Positions 9,476-22,100 are shown, numbered from the stretch's first letter. The stretch: DNA of 64,000 bases from Candidatus Aenigmatarchaeota archaeon (GCA_016187395.1 JACPJV010000006.1:62345-126344); one strand, 5' to 3'. Program-made: numbers and translations. The notes: generated from the letters alone by a model not told the origin.

Positions 9476-9626
9476 TATAGTGATGCAAGGAATACAAGAA
9501 TGAGCAAAGCTCATTCTGTACAGCAGGAACTTCGTTCCTGCTTGTAAATCAGGATATAATATTTCCTTGCTCACTATATGTGAACCAACAAGTATCATAT
9601 CGGGATTATTTTGTTGCTTCACTATA
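9476..9626. repeat. Dispersed inverted-repeat element with nested palindromic insert
   Basis: TATAGTGATGCAAGGAA...TTCCTTGCTCACTATA then TGTGAACCAA; near-identical to 51511-51609 except for a ~52-nt double-hairpin insert. Confidence 0.75.
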
Positions 9627-10130
9627 TTCCAGATTCAGAACCCAGCAGTTCAAGCTTTCATCAAATCTGAAGCCGCTTCTTTTTGCTGTCACATCATATC
9701 TCATTCTTAATCTTTCCTGTCTTTTGCCGCTATAATCATCCCAATATCTGTTGTCCTCTGCCTTCTGAACCCTTATCTGCTTGAAACTGTTTGCAGATGT
9801 CCAATCTACCGCAATTCTCAGAAGCATCCTTTCCCATCGAATTTGTTTGAGGTCTTCCATCTCTCCAAACGCTCCCTGTATCTGCCTTATGATAATATAA
9901 TCATTTTCTGCATCGAATGCAAGGAAGGCTATAGAACGGTTTCCATTCCTCTTCAGTACAAAGCCGTAGGGCGCATCCATATGCATAAATGTTGCGTGAC
10001 CGTTTGGTCCGTGAAACCTAAGGGAATACCTCGATGGATTCAGATCCCTGCTCCTTGAAAATTCCGCCAAATAACTTGCTGCCTCTGCAAAAGACCTTCC
10101 ATCAAAATCCGATAAAACTCTTGACAGCAC
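9606..10130 (-). CDS. DUF535/VirK-like hypothetical protein
   Basis: IAFLAF...IIIRQIQG...RMRYD...GF pattern. Confidence 0.5.
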   Translation of the reverse strand: MLSRVLSDFDGRSFAEAASYLAEFSRSRDLNPSRYSLRFHGPNGHATFMHMDAPYGFVLKRNGNRSIAFLAFDAENDYIIIRQIQGAFGEMEDLKQIRWERMLLRIAVDWTSANSFKQIRVQKAEDNRYWDDYSGKRQERLRMRYDVTAKRSGFRFDESLNCWVLNLEYSEATK

Positions 10131-10182
10131 AATGAATCTTATTCAAAAAATCTTTAATAGTGCGCAAACAAAAGAATAATTA

Positions 10183-10950
10183 ATGAAAACCAACATCAAG
10201 GTTCTTGAAAAGGTAAAATTTAAAAACCCCATACTGGTTGAAGGGCTTCCTGGCATAGGCAATGTTGGAAGGGTTGCAGCAGGCTATATGATTTCGCAGC
10301 TGAAGATGAAAAAATTTGCAGAGCTGTACTCCCCTCACTTCCTTCCGCTTGTCATAATGCAGCCGAACGGCGTGGCTGTCTCGTTGAAAAACGAGTTCTA
10401 CTACGTGAAAAACAAGAAGAACGACATAATCGTCCTGACAGGCGACACGCAAAGCATATCTCCGGAAGGCCACTATGATGTCTGCGAGAATATCCTTGAC
10501 TTTTCGCAGTCGCTTGGCGTAAAAACCGTGATCGCCCTTGGCGGTTTTGCAGAAGGAAAACCGGTAAGCGATCCTAAAATCATCGGCGCAGTCAATGACA
10601 AAGCATTGCTGAAAAAATACAACAAGTACGACATAAAGTTTGCCAAAGACCAGATGGTCGGCACAATCATAGGAGCTTCCGGGCTTTTGCTGGGCCTCGG
10701 GGCTGCGAGAGGGATGGAGGGCATAGCGCTTCTCGGCCAGACCATGGGATTCCCGCTTGTTACAGATCCCAAGGCGGCTGACCGCATATTGCAGGTTATT
10801 TCAAGGATACTCAAGGTAACCATAGACCTTTCAAAGCTCGAGAATATAATATCAGAGATGGATGACCACCTGAAGAAAACGGACATTATCCACAGGCAGA
10901 CTTTGGATCAATTAACAAAACAGAAAGAGGACGTGAGATACATAGGTTGA
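10183..10950 (+). CDS. PAC2-family proteasome assembly chaperone
   Basis: LVEGLPGIGNVG, LTGDTQS, IIGASGLLLG, DPKAA. Confidence 0.92.
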   Translation: MKTNIKVLEKVKFKNPILVEGLPGIGNVGRVAAGYMISQLKMKKFAELYSPHFLPLVIMQPNGVAVSLKNEFYYVKNKKNDIIVLTGDTQSISPEGHYDVCENILDFSQSLGVKTVIALGGFAEGKPVSDPKIIGAVNDKALLKKYNKYDIKFAKDQMVGTIIGASGLLLGLGAARGMEGIALLGQTMGFPLVTDPKAADRILQVISRILKVTIDLSKLENIISEMDDHLKKTDIIHRQTLDQLTKQKEDVRYIG

Positions 10951-11010
10951 AGATTTTTGCGCATTATCCTTCCCACCGACGGCTTTTATTCTTTCCTCTG
11001 AAGTTTATTT

Positions 11011-13146
11011 ATGGGATTGCCCGGGAACGCAAGAATGCATGGATCATTGCTGCGCAACGCCAGGTCTGCGCTTCTGGCCGGGACTGCGCTTCTGGCCGGG
11101 CATGCGCAGGGACAGGAAATCAAGCCTGTCTACGCGCTGAAACAACCAAAGGGCTGCATTTCACTGGAAAGGGAGCTGGGAAACTTTCCAAAAAGCCCTG
11201 CTACTCTGGAAGAGATGAATCTTGCATACAGGAGGCTGGAAAATTCTCATGCTGGCAGAGAAGTCAGGTACGAAGCCGGAGACGGAGAACTGGTGGTGAG
11301 AAGAAACGGAAATGGCGCATTCGACAACTGGGCAGTTATTGGAGATGACCAAAGAAGACTGCGGGGAGAGGCGAATTACTTTGAAGGCGGGAATGCAGTA
11401 AAATGCAGTTCGACGGGGGAAAGCTGCACTCCCATGGGATCGGAAAAATTTCCGCTAAGCGATAAAATTCCTTTAAACCAGCCTGCGGATTCTATTATAT
11501 TCGGCAGGCTTGCAGAGGAAATAGAGGGGTTTGCAGAAATAATGAAAACAGAAGGCGATGGACGTAGCTATGCAGAATTTTGGAAAGGAACGGCGGCTTA
11601 CAAAGGACGTGCTGCGGATGTGTTTGAATTCAAGGCAGGCTCGAGGTTTGATCCTGCCAGGGATTCTTTTTACTACGAGAGACTGGGACTGGAAACGCTT
11701 GACCAATGCGCATGGGTCTATCTGGACAGGGAAACCGGGGTTCCTCTTGTAATTTCTGCGCGCATTATGTCTTTCGGAACAGACACAAGGACTACTGGTG
11801 TAAGACCGTACAAGGAAGCACTGAATTCTGCTGAATCTTCCCGGCCTGCTGAAGGCGAAAAGAAAGAATGCATTCCTGACGGCACAATCGCCTGGCTTGA
11901 ATACCTGTCTCCTGAGCAGAGGTTTGGGGCAGGGGTAAGGGGATTCATAAAAGGGATAAAAGGGCTGTTCGACTGGGGCGATGAAAGCACCGGCGCTCCC
12001 ATGACGCGCGTTGAGGCGCCGGACGGAAGATCGTGGTCTTTTGAAGGTGTGGCGCCGCTTGGCTTCTCGCCTGACGGTTCCAATCTTTATGCAATCAGTG
12101 CCCGTTATGACGAGCGCAATCCCGGAGATAATAACCCGCAGCTGTTTCTTGCAGAGCTTGACAGGAATGCAGGCGTGAGGGAAATCCAGATGCCTGTGGA
12201 CTATGTGCTTGCCATAGGATATGGTCACCAAACTCATAACAGCCAGATTGGAAGAAATCTTGTTACAAGGTCAGGGTGCCTTGTGGTAAAGGCAGAGGAG
12301 GGTCACGGCAGGACAGACCTGCTTTCGTACAAGCATGACGAACCTGACGGCGAGGCGAAATGGAAAAGGCTTACCGAGCGCGGTATAGTTACAAACTTCT
12401 CTGTTGCAGAAAATTCAGATAAAGTATGCTACCTTCTCCAGGAAGAAAGGCAGAGGGTTTTCTGCGCAGACCTTGACGGGGAATGCAGGGCAAACTTCGC
12501 CAGCACGTATCGCCTGATCCTTCCTAAAGGCTATGAAATCAGTGAATATGCCAATATCACAATCTCTCCTGACGGAAGCATGGGTGCTATTACTGCATTC
12601 ACCACGCCTGTCAGTGGCGGTGAACTTATAGGCGATGAGGATATATTCACATTTTCTTTGCCTGACGACCCGCGCGTTTTTGTTCCGACACGTACAAGAA
12701 CCGAACCAGCAGGGCATCTTTTCGACCGCATTTCGACAGGCAGGATACCTCTAAGCATAAACGAGACTGGAAGAAGAGTTCTGGAAGAAGCAACGTACAA
12801 CCAGAATGCATGGCGCGGAAGGCCTATGCAAATGACGGATTCCGGGGAAATTATTTTTACTGACGACGGGCAGATATATGCTGCTGATGCCTTTCATGGC
12901 GACGCACCCCGTGCGGTCGCGCCATCGCCGGCAAAAATGCTCTCCTACCCGTTTGTTTCGGAAGAAGGCATATTTTTCCATTCCATTGACAAGCCTGTCG
13001 GCCTTGCAGTGAAAGCAATGGAAGAGGATTATTCCTTTGAATTTCCGGGGAGTATCAGGTACATCAGCGTTTCAGGCAACAGAGAAACAGAGGTCAGGAA
13101 GATACGCGGGATATCCCCTCTTTTCATCGTATTTGACGGAAAATGA
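11011..13146 (+). CDS. Secreted protein with TolB/PD40-like beta-propeller
   Basis: Signal-like N-terminus; FSPDGS and ISPDGS repeats. Confidence 0.6.
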   Translation: MGLPGNARMHGSLLRNARSALLAGTALLAGHAQGQEIKPVYALKQPKGCISLERELGNFPKSPATLEEMNLAYRRLENSHAGREVRYEAGDGELVVRRNGNGAFDNWAVIGDDQRRLRGEANYFEGGNAVKCSSTGESCTPMGSEKFPLSDKIPLNQPADSIIFGRLAEEIEGFAEIMKTEGDGRSYAEFWKGTAAYKGRAADVFEFKAGSRFDPARDSFYYERLGLETLDQCAWVYLDRETGVPLVISARIMSFGTDTRTTGVRPYKEALNSAESSRPAEGEKKECIPDGTIAWLEYLSPEQRFGAGVRGFIKGIKGLFDWGDESTGAPMTRVEAPDGRSWSFEGVAPLGFSPDGSNLYAISARYDERNPGDNNPQLFLAELDRNAGVREIQMPVDYVLAIGYGHQTHNSQIGRNLVTRSGCLVVKAEEGHGRTDLLSYKHDEPDGEAKWKRLTERGIVTNFSVAENSDKVCYLLQEERQRVFCADLDGECRANFASTYRLILPKGYEISEYANITISPDGSMGAITAFTTPVSGGELIGDEDIFTFSLPDDPRVFVPTRTRTEPAGHLFDRISTGRIPLSINETGRRVLEEATYNQNAWRGRPMQMTDSGEIIFTDDGQIYAADAFHGDAPRAVAPSPAKMLSYPFVSEEGIFFHSIDKPVGLAVKAMEEDYSFEFPGSIRYISVSGNRETEVRKIRGISPLFIVFDGK

Positions 13147-13188
13147 TGCATGCAGCAGATTTATTTGACCGAGAATCTTCTTTAGTGC

Positions 13189-14160
13189 ATGGACGACTAT
13201 GGAAATCTGAGCGTTGTTTTTGCTGTTATTATGTCCGTGATAATTCTGATAATCGCGGTTCCTGTGTTCTTGCGCGCCTCAAGCGCCGGCCTGAATGAAA
13301 CGAGAACAGACGTGGAACTGCCTGAAGCAGGACTTATAGAAATGAAGGGCAGGGATTCAAAGGTTACTTACACTATGAACGAGAATAACATAAAATACAG
13401 GGTTGATGCTGACCTGCAATTAAAATCTGAAAGGAACGAGCAGATAATTTTTGTTATAAGATTCAAGGGAATGGAGATTGCAGCTCCGTGCATATCCGCG
13501 GGGGGCTTTGCGGAAATCCCGTGCAGCCTTCCTTCAGATGGATCTGCCCACGATTTTCGAATAACAGCGGACTTTGAAGGCTCCTATTCCAGCATTCCTC
13601 CGATAATCAATCTTTCTGCCTACTCATCTACAAGCGAATGGCCAAAGGCTGCAGGCACGCAGGGCGTCCTGAATTTCGAGCCAGAGGGGCAGCAGTTTAT
13701 CGTCGGCCACTATTCTGCGTTTGTGGTTGAGAGGGCTCTGGCTGAAATAGAGACCAGAGTCATTGACGTACCGACCGGCCTGGCGAAATACAAGGTCACG
13801 GTGAAGTGCGTGAATGACTTTTCCAAGATAATCAAGATGGATATAGGCGAAAAGCAGAGGGTGCCTTTTTACTGCAACGGAGAGATAAGCGTAGAAATAC
13901 CAGGGGAAAACAAGATAAGAATAGCGACGAGGAACGGAGACGAATGGCATGGAACAGGGGAGAAGATAGACGTATACGCATGGAGGGTTTTTGACGGATT
14001 TGACTGCGGAGGATTCACTGATGCATACTCACCGTTTTCAGTCTCAGCTGCGCTGAGGGATGAGCAGTGCCTGAATCACTTTATAGACACGGAGATCATC
14101 CAGTCTCCTTTAGGAGATGGGTATGACAGCAATCTGGATTTGCTTCCACTGGTGGGATAG
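13189..14160 (+). CDS. Membrane-anchored extracellular hypothetical protein
   Basis: N-terminal TM helix; operon with 14161. Confidence 0.6.
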   Translation: MDDYGNLSVVFAVIMSVIILIIAVPVFLRASSAGLNETRTDVELPEAGLIEMKGRDSKVTYTMNENNIKYRVDADLQLKSERNEQIIFVIRFKGMEIAAPCISAGGFAEIPCSLPSDGSAHDFRITADFEGSYSSIPPIINLSAYSSTSEWPKAAGTQGVLNFEPEGQQFIVGHYSAFVVERALAEIETRVIDVPTGLAKYKVTVKCVNDFSKIIKMDIGEKQRVPFYCNGEISVEIPGENKIRIATRNGDEWHGTGEKIDVYAWRVFDGFDCGGFTDAYSPFSVSAALRDEQCLNHFIDTEIIQSPLGDGYDSNLDLLPLVG

Positions 14161-14721
14161 ATGCAGCTAAACATGGCTTATAGTGCTATATTGTTTGTTG
14201 TTCTGGCAGCGATAGCGTTTGTTATAATGAGCAACACCTCCGTTTTAGCCAAGGACAAGCCTGACATTTACGGCAGCGGCATAGCGACTGTGCACGCATC
14301 ATTCCTGGCTTCAGAGCTGCCTCAATGCAGCAAAACCCCAAGCGGAGCTCTTTACAGGCTTTCAATAACAGTTGATGCGACGATAGAAGACCCCGGGAAA
14401 AGATCCGGAGATATAGTAATGCTTGCAGAGTATCCGGAGCTTAACGAAATAAAAATCCAGCCTCTTGCCGATTCAGTCAGCATGAACGACGGATTTATGC
14501 AGGGAATATTTCGGATAAATCTTGGCGGAAGCAACACTCCTGAAGAAGGCAACAGGATAAACGTGGCGTTCTTTTTTAGCGAGCCCTGCACGTATACTGA
14601 TACAGGCGTTTCAACTGGAGGGGGTTTTCCAGCGATAAGCCTCGGCAACTTCATAAATACCTGTCGCGACTCGTTTTTGGGAATGCAAAGAATAGATTTG
14701 CCTGCTATCAGCTGCCCTTGA
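14161..14721 (+). CDS. Membrane-anchored hypothetical protein
   Basis: N-terminal TM helix; starts directly after previous stop. Confidence 0.6.
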   Translation: MQLNMAYSAILFVVLAAIAFVIMSNTSVLAKDKPDIYGSGIATVHASFLASELPQCSKTPSGALYRLSITVDATIEDPGKRSGDIVMLAEYPELNEIKIQPLADSVSMNDGFMQGIFRINLGGSNTPEEGNRINVAFFFSEPCTYTDTGVSTGGGFPAISLGNFINTCRDSFLGMQRIDLPAISCP

Positions 14722-14733
14722 CGGTGAATATCT

Positions 14734-14904
14734 ATGGGAATCAAAGAGATGGCTGCAGGAAGGCCTGCGGAAATAGCGCTGATAATACTGGTTTTGCTGA
14801 TAATCATAGTGATAGTTACGGGCCTGATAACTTCTCCGGGAGGCGCAACTGACATACGCGATTTTATCGTGTCGATAACCCGCGGTGCGACTAACTTTGG
14901 CTGA
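14734..14904 (+). CDS. Small pilin-like membrane peptide (56 aa)
   Basis: Manual translation MGIKEMAAGRPAEIALIILVLLIIIVIVTGLITSPGG...; GGTGA SD upstream. Confidence 0.55.
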   Translation: MGIKEMAAGRPAEIALIILVLLIIIVIVTGLITSPGGATDIRDFIVSITRGATNFG

Positions 14905-15170
14905 ATGAAATGGAATTTATAGCTCTGTAGAAAACCTTGTCGAAATGATGATCACCTATACTCCCCGCCTACAATGCGAATCGAAGATTCGCATGTACAG
15001 TGAAGAGCGGAATTCTTCTCGTACAGAAGAAATCTTTGATTCCTTCCTGTAAAGGCAGAGTTTTTATGGGGAGGCTTCCGACGATAAGATAGAGGGAACA
15101 GAATATACTTTTCCATCAGAAAAAGAAAGTTTTCAGACAACATTACATTGAAGGCTTGATTCTTCTGGAA

Positions 15171-15314
15171 TCATCTGATTCCAGAAACGAATTCTTTGAA
15201 CCTGTCGATCACCGAATCTACTCCAGGAACTATCCCTCCAAGAAGCATGAGCGCTATTGCAAGAACTATGACGAATATGACAATTGCAACCAGTACCGAG
15301 GTTACCTGAACCAT
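15171..15314 (-). CDS. Small pilin-like membrane peptide (47 aa)
   Basis: MVQVTSVLVAIVIFVIVLAIALMLLGG plus amphipathic tail. Confidence 0.55.
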   Translation of the reverse strand: MVQVTSVLVAIVIFVIVLAIALMLLGGIVPGVDSVIDRFKEFVSGIR

Positions 15315-15677
15315 TGACAGTAGAATGGATTGCCGGATTAAAATGCTTTTTGCTGTTTCGGTTGGTTGTATTAACCTAAGGTATGAACAAATAGGAAGCC
15401 TCCTGCAAACTGGTGAGGCTTGGAAGATGAATGGACGGTTGCTTCGCAACCGTCAATCTGCATCCCGGCTGTTTCAACCCCCGAAATTACCTTCTGGCAA
15501 GGAAACAGCCAAGAGGCAACCGGACTGATGAGCAATCGTATAAATTCACTCATCAGTCATTCTGCATCGTGAGGCGGCATTTACAAAATGCCTCCCTACT
15601 TTTTGATTCAATGAAATCATACGCTAAGTTAACAGAACCCTAACACCAAGATCGAAGGCTTATTGTTTCATCTCGCG

Positions 15678-16082
15678 TCAGCATTCACAGGAGCCGTAGG
15701 TTTCTCTTGTTGCAGGATGCTCCCTGACTTTTCTGCAGAAGTCAAGCCAGTTATCTATCACTGGCCTGAATGATTGCAAGTAATCGCAGGCATTGCCGCG
15801 AACTACGCAGCCGCCGCCGCAGTTTTCCAGGCATACCAGGTACGCGCCTTCCTCAACGCCATAAAGATTCTCGCAGGCATTAAGCCATGAAGGATATTCC
15901 CTTGCAAGGTTTATACTTGCACGATCCGGATTGCTGCATATGGCTGCGCAGCCGCTCCGGAATTCCTTCTCAAGAGTGGCGCGGTCGAAGAAAGACAGGC
16001 CGCTGAGAAGGAAATAGGTCAAGACCGCTATCACCAGCGCTGCCATTACAATTATGACCACTCCTTTTATTGCCAATGCCAT
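15678..16082 (-). CDS. Cys-rich membrane-anchored (pilin-like) protein
   Basis: N-terminal TM, many Cys; SD GAGGTG upstream. Confidence 0.6.
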   Translation of the reverse strand: MALAIKGVVIIVMAALVIAVLTYFLLSGLSFFDRATLEKEFRSGCAAICSNPDRASINLAREYPSWLNACENLYGVEEGAYLVCLENCGGGCVVRGNACDYLQSFRPVIDNWLDFCRKVREHPATRETYGSCEC

Positions 16083-16120
16083 CGAAACACACCTCCCGAT
16101 TCGCTGCATCCACTTGCACG

Positions 16121-19100
16121 CTAGCTTCTCTTATATTCAATCCACAGCCTTATTTTTTCGCGGTTGATTAATATTACTATCACCACGATGATCACTATTG
16201 CAATCACTGCTGCTAATGCCCATGGAAACTCTCCCTGCGCAGCTCCTCCTGCGCCCTGATCTCCTGCCAGCCCTATCCTGGTGCCGTATACGCGGAGCTC
16301 AAATATCTTCACTATGCTCCTGTCTGCACGCTCTGCCTCATCTATGTTTATGCGCACCCATCTTGCGGTTGCAGGCCCGAAGTATGTGACGTTCCAGTCA
16401 CGCTCGTATTGAGCATTATCTACGTCAGCGACCTCGAGGTATGTGCTGTCGTCTTTGCTGACCTCTATTGAAAAGGACCTGGGCCTGTCTATCTGGGAGT
16501 ATATTCCTATACCATTCACAGACATTTCCTGCGACAGGTCAACCTTTATCCATGCCGGAAGGGGAGATTCCCAGAACGTGGAAGGGTCGCTGTCTATCGC
16601 AAGCGTAGGCCCAAAGCCTGCTGCAGATGACTTGGCAAAGGCATTTGCTATTGAAAGCGAAAGACCTGCAGGCTCATAAAAATCTTGGGCTCCGCCGCAT
16701 ATGATTGTTCCCGTCTCTGAGCATATCAGAGGCTCGCTGTACGTGCTTCCGTAAACGCCTATTGAAATAGATTTTGGATCTGAATCTGAAAAGTCTGCCT
16801 GATATGACATGCTTTCTGCATAGAGCCTTTGAGACTGCACGCCGCTTACAGATATTACAGTATAATTTCCTCCTGTCCTGACTGCCTGGACGCTTGCAAC
16901 ATACTTCTGTTTCACAGGATCAAATACGCACGTGGATTTTTCTATGGTTATGCCGCATCCTTCCTGTGAAGGCGTGCATGCAGGCATCGTGTTTTCCCTG
17001 CAGCATACTGTTCCTGCAGTGCACGTGCCTTCTCTCTGCTCTCTGTCCAGGCACAGCTGTACATTGTCCGTGCATGACGGCAGGCATGTATATGCGCAGC
17101 CGCCTCCTGGGGGTGTAACGACAAGCTGCTGCACAGCGCTGGTGGATGAGGAGCCTGCGCTATCCCGGGCAGACACGTACCATGTATACGATCCCGGGTT
17201 CTTGCCAACCGCAGCTGTGCAGGAATATCCTGCTCCGTCACGCGACATTGTACACAGCTTTTCACTGCATATTGAGTCAAGGCACGCTTCTGCGCGGGTT
17301 ATGTTGTCTGATTCCGCATCCCTAAGCTCTGCGTAGAATTTCACGCTGCCTCCCTGCTGAACAGAAGAAGGCTCTGCCCTTGCGTTTGCTATCGCAGGTG
17401 CCAGGTTTCCCTGCCCTTCTGTGATTATTAAAATGCTCTGCTTCTGTTCGCTCTGGTTGTTTATAACTGTAAGCGTCGTGAGCGAGGTTCTCTTTGGCAG
17501 GGATATCTTTGCAACAAGGGAATTTCCTGTCTGGATTGATGCCTGAATCTGCCCTGCACCGCACTGCTTTGTTGAAGATCCTGCCTGCAAGGTTGCAGAT
17601 GCGTTGCTTGTGCAGGATATTGAATATGAATCTGAGAAGCCTGTGTTTGTTATTGTAATCTCATGATCGACTGGCGCTGACACGGTTTTCTGCTCTGATG
17701 ATGGCTGCAACAGAAAGTCGTAGTTGTTTACAGCAACAAAAACAGATCCCAGGAATGTGCTGGTGGTTCCTGCTTTTGCTATGACACATAGCCAGTAGCT
17801 CTTGTCAGCAAAGCTGGCGGTGTTCCAGGCTGCTGTGTAGGTTTTTTTGTCTCCGGATCCTTCAGCCTGCATGGAGAACAGAGGTGCGCCTGCGCACTGC
17901 CGGGAGTTTGCAGAAACAGAGAAGTCAATTTCATCAAAGGTTCCGCGTATGACTGCTTCCACCGAGGCTGTGCCTGAAAGAACTGCCCCTTCCCGGGGCG
18001 ACACTATGCTGGTTTCAGGCGCTGTTACTGTGAAGCTCATTCCTACATTCTTTGATGAAAACTCAGGAGCCTGTTCGCATTCCTGCTCAGAGATTGCCGA
18101 GGCAAGGTCGCCGTGAACCGTGCATGAATTGATTGTCCACGTCCCTGCGCTGTCGAGGAATATTGGTATTTCTACTGGTGTTTCACCTGATCTGAACAGT
18201 GTGCAGGAGGATTTTGGCTCGACCATTGTCCCATCACTTCGCGCAACCTCGCATGAAGCGAAACCGCGGTAATCCTCTCCAAACGAATTTGCCACAGACA
18301 TGGATATCTTTGCTGTTTCACCGACGAATGTACCGGGCGGTACTATGCCCAATATCTCCAGCCCTGGAATGCCTATGCAGCTTGTCGCGATGCGCGCCTG
18401 TATCCTTTCTTCTAACGACTCAGTGTCTTCAAGCAGACTTTCAATTGAGCTCTTTGACGGATTCAGCAAGGCTGCGTCCAGCAATTGCAAATGATCTTCG
18501 CGCCATGCGCAGGCTTCCTTCAGTATGTCCGCGCACACGCGCTCGCCTTCGCTGATCCTTCTTGCGACAACAGACGGGCAGTTTTGCACAATAGAGCTCC
18601 AGCGGCTTGCTGCAGATGCCAGCCTTTCTAAGTTATAGAACGGGCACGCGAAGCTGTAATTTACAGATCTATACGACTGTATATTTGTTCCTGTTACGTC
18701 CTCGCCTCTTATGTAGAAATATATATCATCTTCTACGTCTGTCGGGCACGCGACTTCATTATTATAATTGTCCCCGAACACTCCCCTTCCTGTCGGATCT
18801 AATTCAGCAGCACAATCCTTCAAAGTTCCTGAAATGCCTGTTCTCGTTATGCCGCACTGCGACGCAAGGCACTGCTCGGGGGTTGCGCCGCGCCTGCACG
18901 CCCTTACCTCCTGGCCAAAAAGCGTCTGCTCCAGTGCAATATCAACAGACATTTCTGTGGTATTGTCCTTTGGCTGCATGCATGTATAATAGTCAAAACC
19001 GGCGCCGCTTCCAAAGACCGGGCATTTGAATATGCCTGCGTTAAAGCTGCAGTCTGCTGCGCAGCTCTGGCTAGTCTCGCCACGCTCAGGCTCGCACACG

Positions 19101-22100
19101 TAATTGCCGCACCCTTTCACTGGTATGGTTATTTCTGCAACGCCCCGGACTCCTCCGCCAAGCTCTGCTACTACAAACACCTTATGATCGCCGTCAACTG
19201 CAGTGCGCGACGGCGTTATGAAGAGCTCCATCTGCAAAGATTCCTGCGGCCCGAACTCTGCATTTATCTCCTGCAGAAAGTCGTTGCCGAATACAAACTC
19301 AGCTTCCCATCCGTCAGGAACATCAAATTCGACGTTCACGGGGCTTTGTGCCGCGAACTCCGGCGGATTTTCATTCTTCACGGTTATATCAAAGGCGACA
19401 GGCACACGCGGCCTTGCAGGAAGCGAATACCCTTCTGCAAGCTGCCAGCTAACAGAAGGGCGCAGGCTCTGGCTTATCACGTAGGATGAGCAGGCTTGCC
19501 CGCTTATTCCTGTGGTTTTTGCTGTAACGCACCAGTTTATTGAATCGCTTATCTGCGCGCCTGGCGGGGACGCAACTTCTACTTTGAACGACTGGCTGTC
19601 TCCTGAGGCTCCCTTTCTCTGCAACGATACTTCACTGGTATCTGCAGATATGCTCCATCCTGCAGGAATTTCTGACAGGCTTATATCCAATGTCAATGCC
19701 GTGTCTGCCAGGTTGTCTATGCGCACGTCATATTCTGCAGCTTCGCCTGCAGGGGCAAGCATGCGGCCGGGCACGATGGTTATGAGAGGAGCTCCTGGCT
19801 GGTATGCGTAGACCAGAGCTTCATAGTCTGATATCTGCGACAGCGATGAGGAATAAATAGCTCCGGATTCCGACCAGTATATGCGATTTGAATAAACTGC
19901 AATTGAGCTGATATGAGGCCTTCCTATTGCGATTGGAACATCTCCATTACTGCCGCCAGAAAGCGGGTCTGCCGGAGTGCCGTCGCCCGCTATCTTCACG
20001 ATTTTTCCCTTGCCTGTGCCTCCGTTAACTGCTGCGTAAATATCATCGCCAGCCACAAACACGTCATTTATTCCAGCCTTGTTTTTGTATAGAATTTCCT
20101 CAGAGCCGCCGTCTTTGGGGATGCGCTTTACTGAATCGTCCTCGGTATAATATACGAAACGGCTGTCCAGCGCAAGGCCTTTTGCTGACGCACTTGCAAA
20201 CAGGCAATTTGCACCCGCACAGTTCTGTGCGTTGGCATTCAAAACAACGCGCTTTATCTTTCCTCCGTCCAGCCAATATGCATTCTGGTTATCAACTGCC
20301 ACGTGGGTTGCATTGCCGATTCCTCTTGCCATGTCAGAGGGCGTGAATGCATTTTTTGCAGTCTTGCTTATTGCCCCGGCTGCTGCGAAGTATATATTAC
20401 CTGAATCAAGAGCTATGCCGCCCGGCAAGCTGCCTATTGAATAGTCTATCCCTGTTGCTCCGCCAGTGCTTACAGAGCGGAGCCTTCCTTCAGTTGTTGT
20501 GTAATATATGAAATTGTTCTGATCTGTTGCGATGAACAGCGCGTCTGCGGCTATCTCGCTGCTTACAGGTTCAGGCAGCGATTCTGATATCATCGCATAG
20601 CCTGTGTACGTGCCTATGGAGCCGCCTGTCGGGAATACGTTCATGATAAGCTCTTGCTGACCCTTGCTCAGGTCTACGGCGCCAACAGGCTCGCCTGCAG
20701 GCGTTTCAAAGTCAGACGTCCACCCTGAGCCAGGGGCTTCGCCTTGCAGCGCAAATAAATATGGCGCGCAGCCTTGCGGCACAGAGCTGTTTACAACAAG
20801 CGGGTATCCCCATTCGCGGAGCGAGGACTGACTGGCCGATGAAATCTTTGCGCGTATGTCTACGTCCGCATTATTCAGTGACTGGTGGTTCGTCTGCTTC
20901 ACTGTGGAGAATCCCTTGTTGTTAGTTATCCTCACAGATATAGGCCCTGGAGACGAGGACTGCATTGGAACCGCGACGGTGCTGTCAGGATTGACGACCA
21001 CGCTGGCAGCAGGCTCTATGGAAGCGCCTTCTCCTGATATTGCAACGAATCCTGCGCCTGCCTGCGGAGAAAGAACTTCAAGCAGGTATTCAGTAGAGCT
21101 GCTCTGGATTGCAGGCTCTGTGATTGTCAATGCAAACTCAGCTGGCACGCCTTCCGGTGAGCATACCGCGCTTTGGCTAGTAATTGCAGGAGGAGGCCTG
21201 TCCTGCGCTGAAATAACCTCAAGCCCGGGAGAGCTTACTTCAGAGGCAGGCTTTGCCAGGACAAGGTAATTGCCTGGCATTGGCACGACAAACCTGTGCG
21301 TGAACACTCCCTCTGCTCCTGTGAAGTTTGCCTGAATCGTGGAATTCTCAACTACTGTGCCGTTCTGGTCAATGACAATAATGTCAACGTCAGCAGTCTC
21401 AGGCACGATCGCGCCTTCAATTGTGTGGTATTCTGAAGGCAGGGGAAGCACGTGATCTAATTTGCCGACAAGCACCTGCCTTGTGCGGTCGTGCACGCCC
21501 AGAGAGCCGACAGTGTCAAGCTGCTCGCATTTGCCTTCAAAACCTGCGCCAAGCCCGGGCTGCCTGACTGACGAGCGCCGATATATGCTTTCGCCGCGCG
21601 TCAGCAGTTCGCGCATCTGGAAGAAGAACTGGGTCTGGTAGGAGCGCGCAAGCATCTCGTAAGGCCTTGCCCGCGTATCGCGAGTGCCGTAAACAGGCTG
21701 AGGCGGCAGCGGAGAGCCGGCAGGATAGCGCGTGCCGAACTGCAGCTCTGCTTTGTTCTGTAGCAGAGGGTCGAATGTCGCGGGCGTGTCTACAGACGGG
21801 TCGTATGCTAAAGGTTCGTCGGAGAATGAAACTTCAGAAGGCGCTGCAGAAATTGCGTAGAATACCGCAGCAGCTGTTCCTATTGCTATAAGTTCTCCAC
21901 TGCTGTCGTACGCAAACAGAGCTGCTTCTGCAGTTTCAGGGACGAATCCTGGCGGAGAAGTTCCTGAACATGTATTGCTCGTTTCATCTCCAAACAGTTC
22001 TTGAAAACATGCCTCTACTACGGTTTCGTCCTGCACCATTATGGCCTGGTATGAATAACTATCTACGCCAGTCACAGGCAGCCATTCTGCACGTATGGAG

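Noticed and set aside
14905..15677. Short ORFs around the 47-aa peptide
   Set aside because: No motifs or consistent coding signal; possibly decayed sequence
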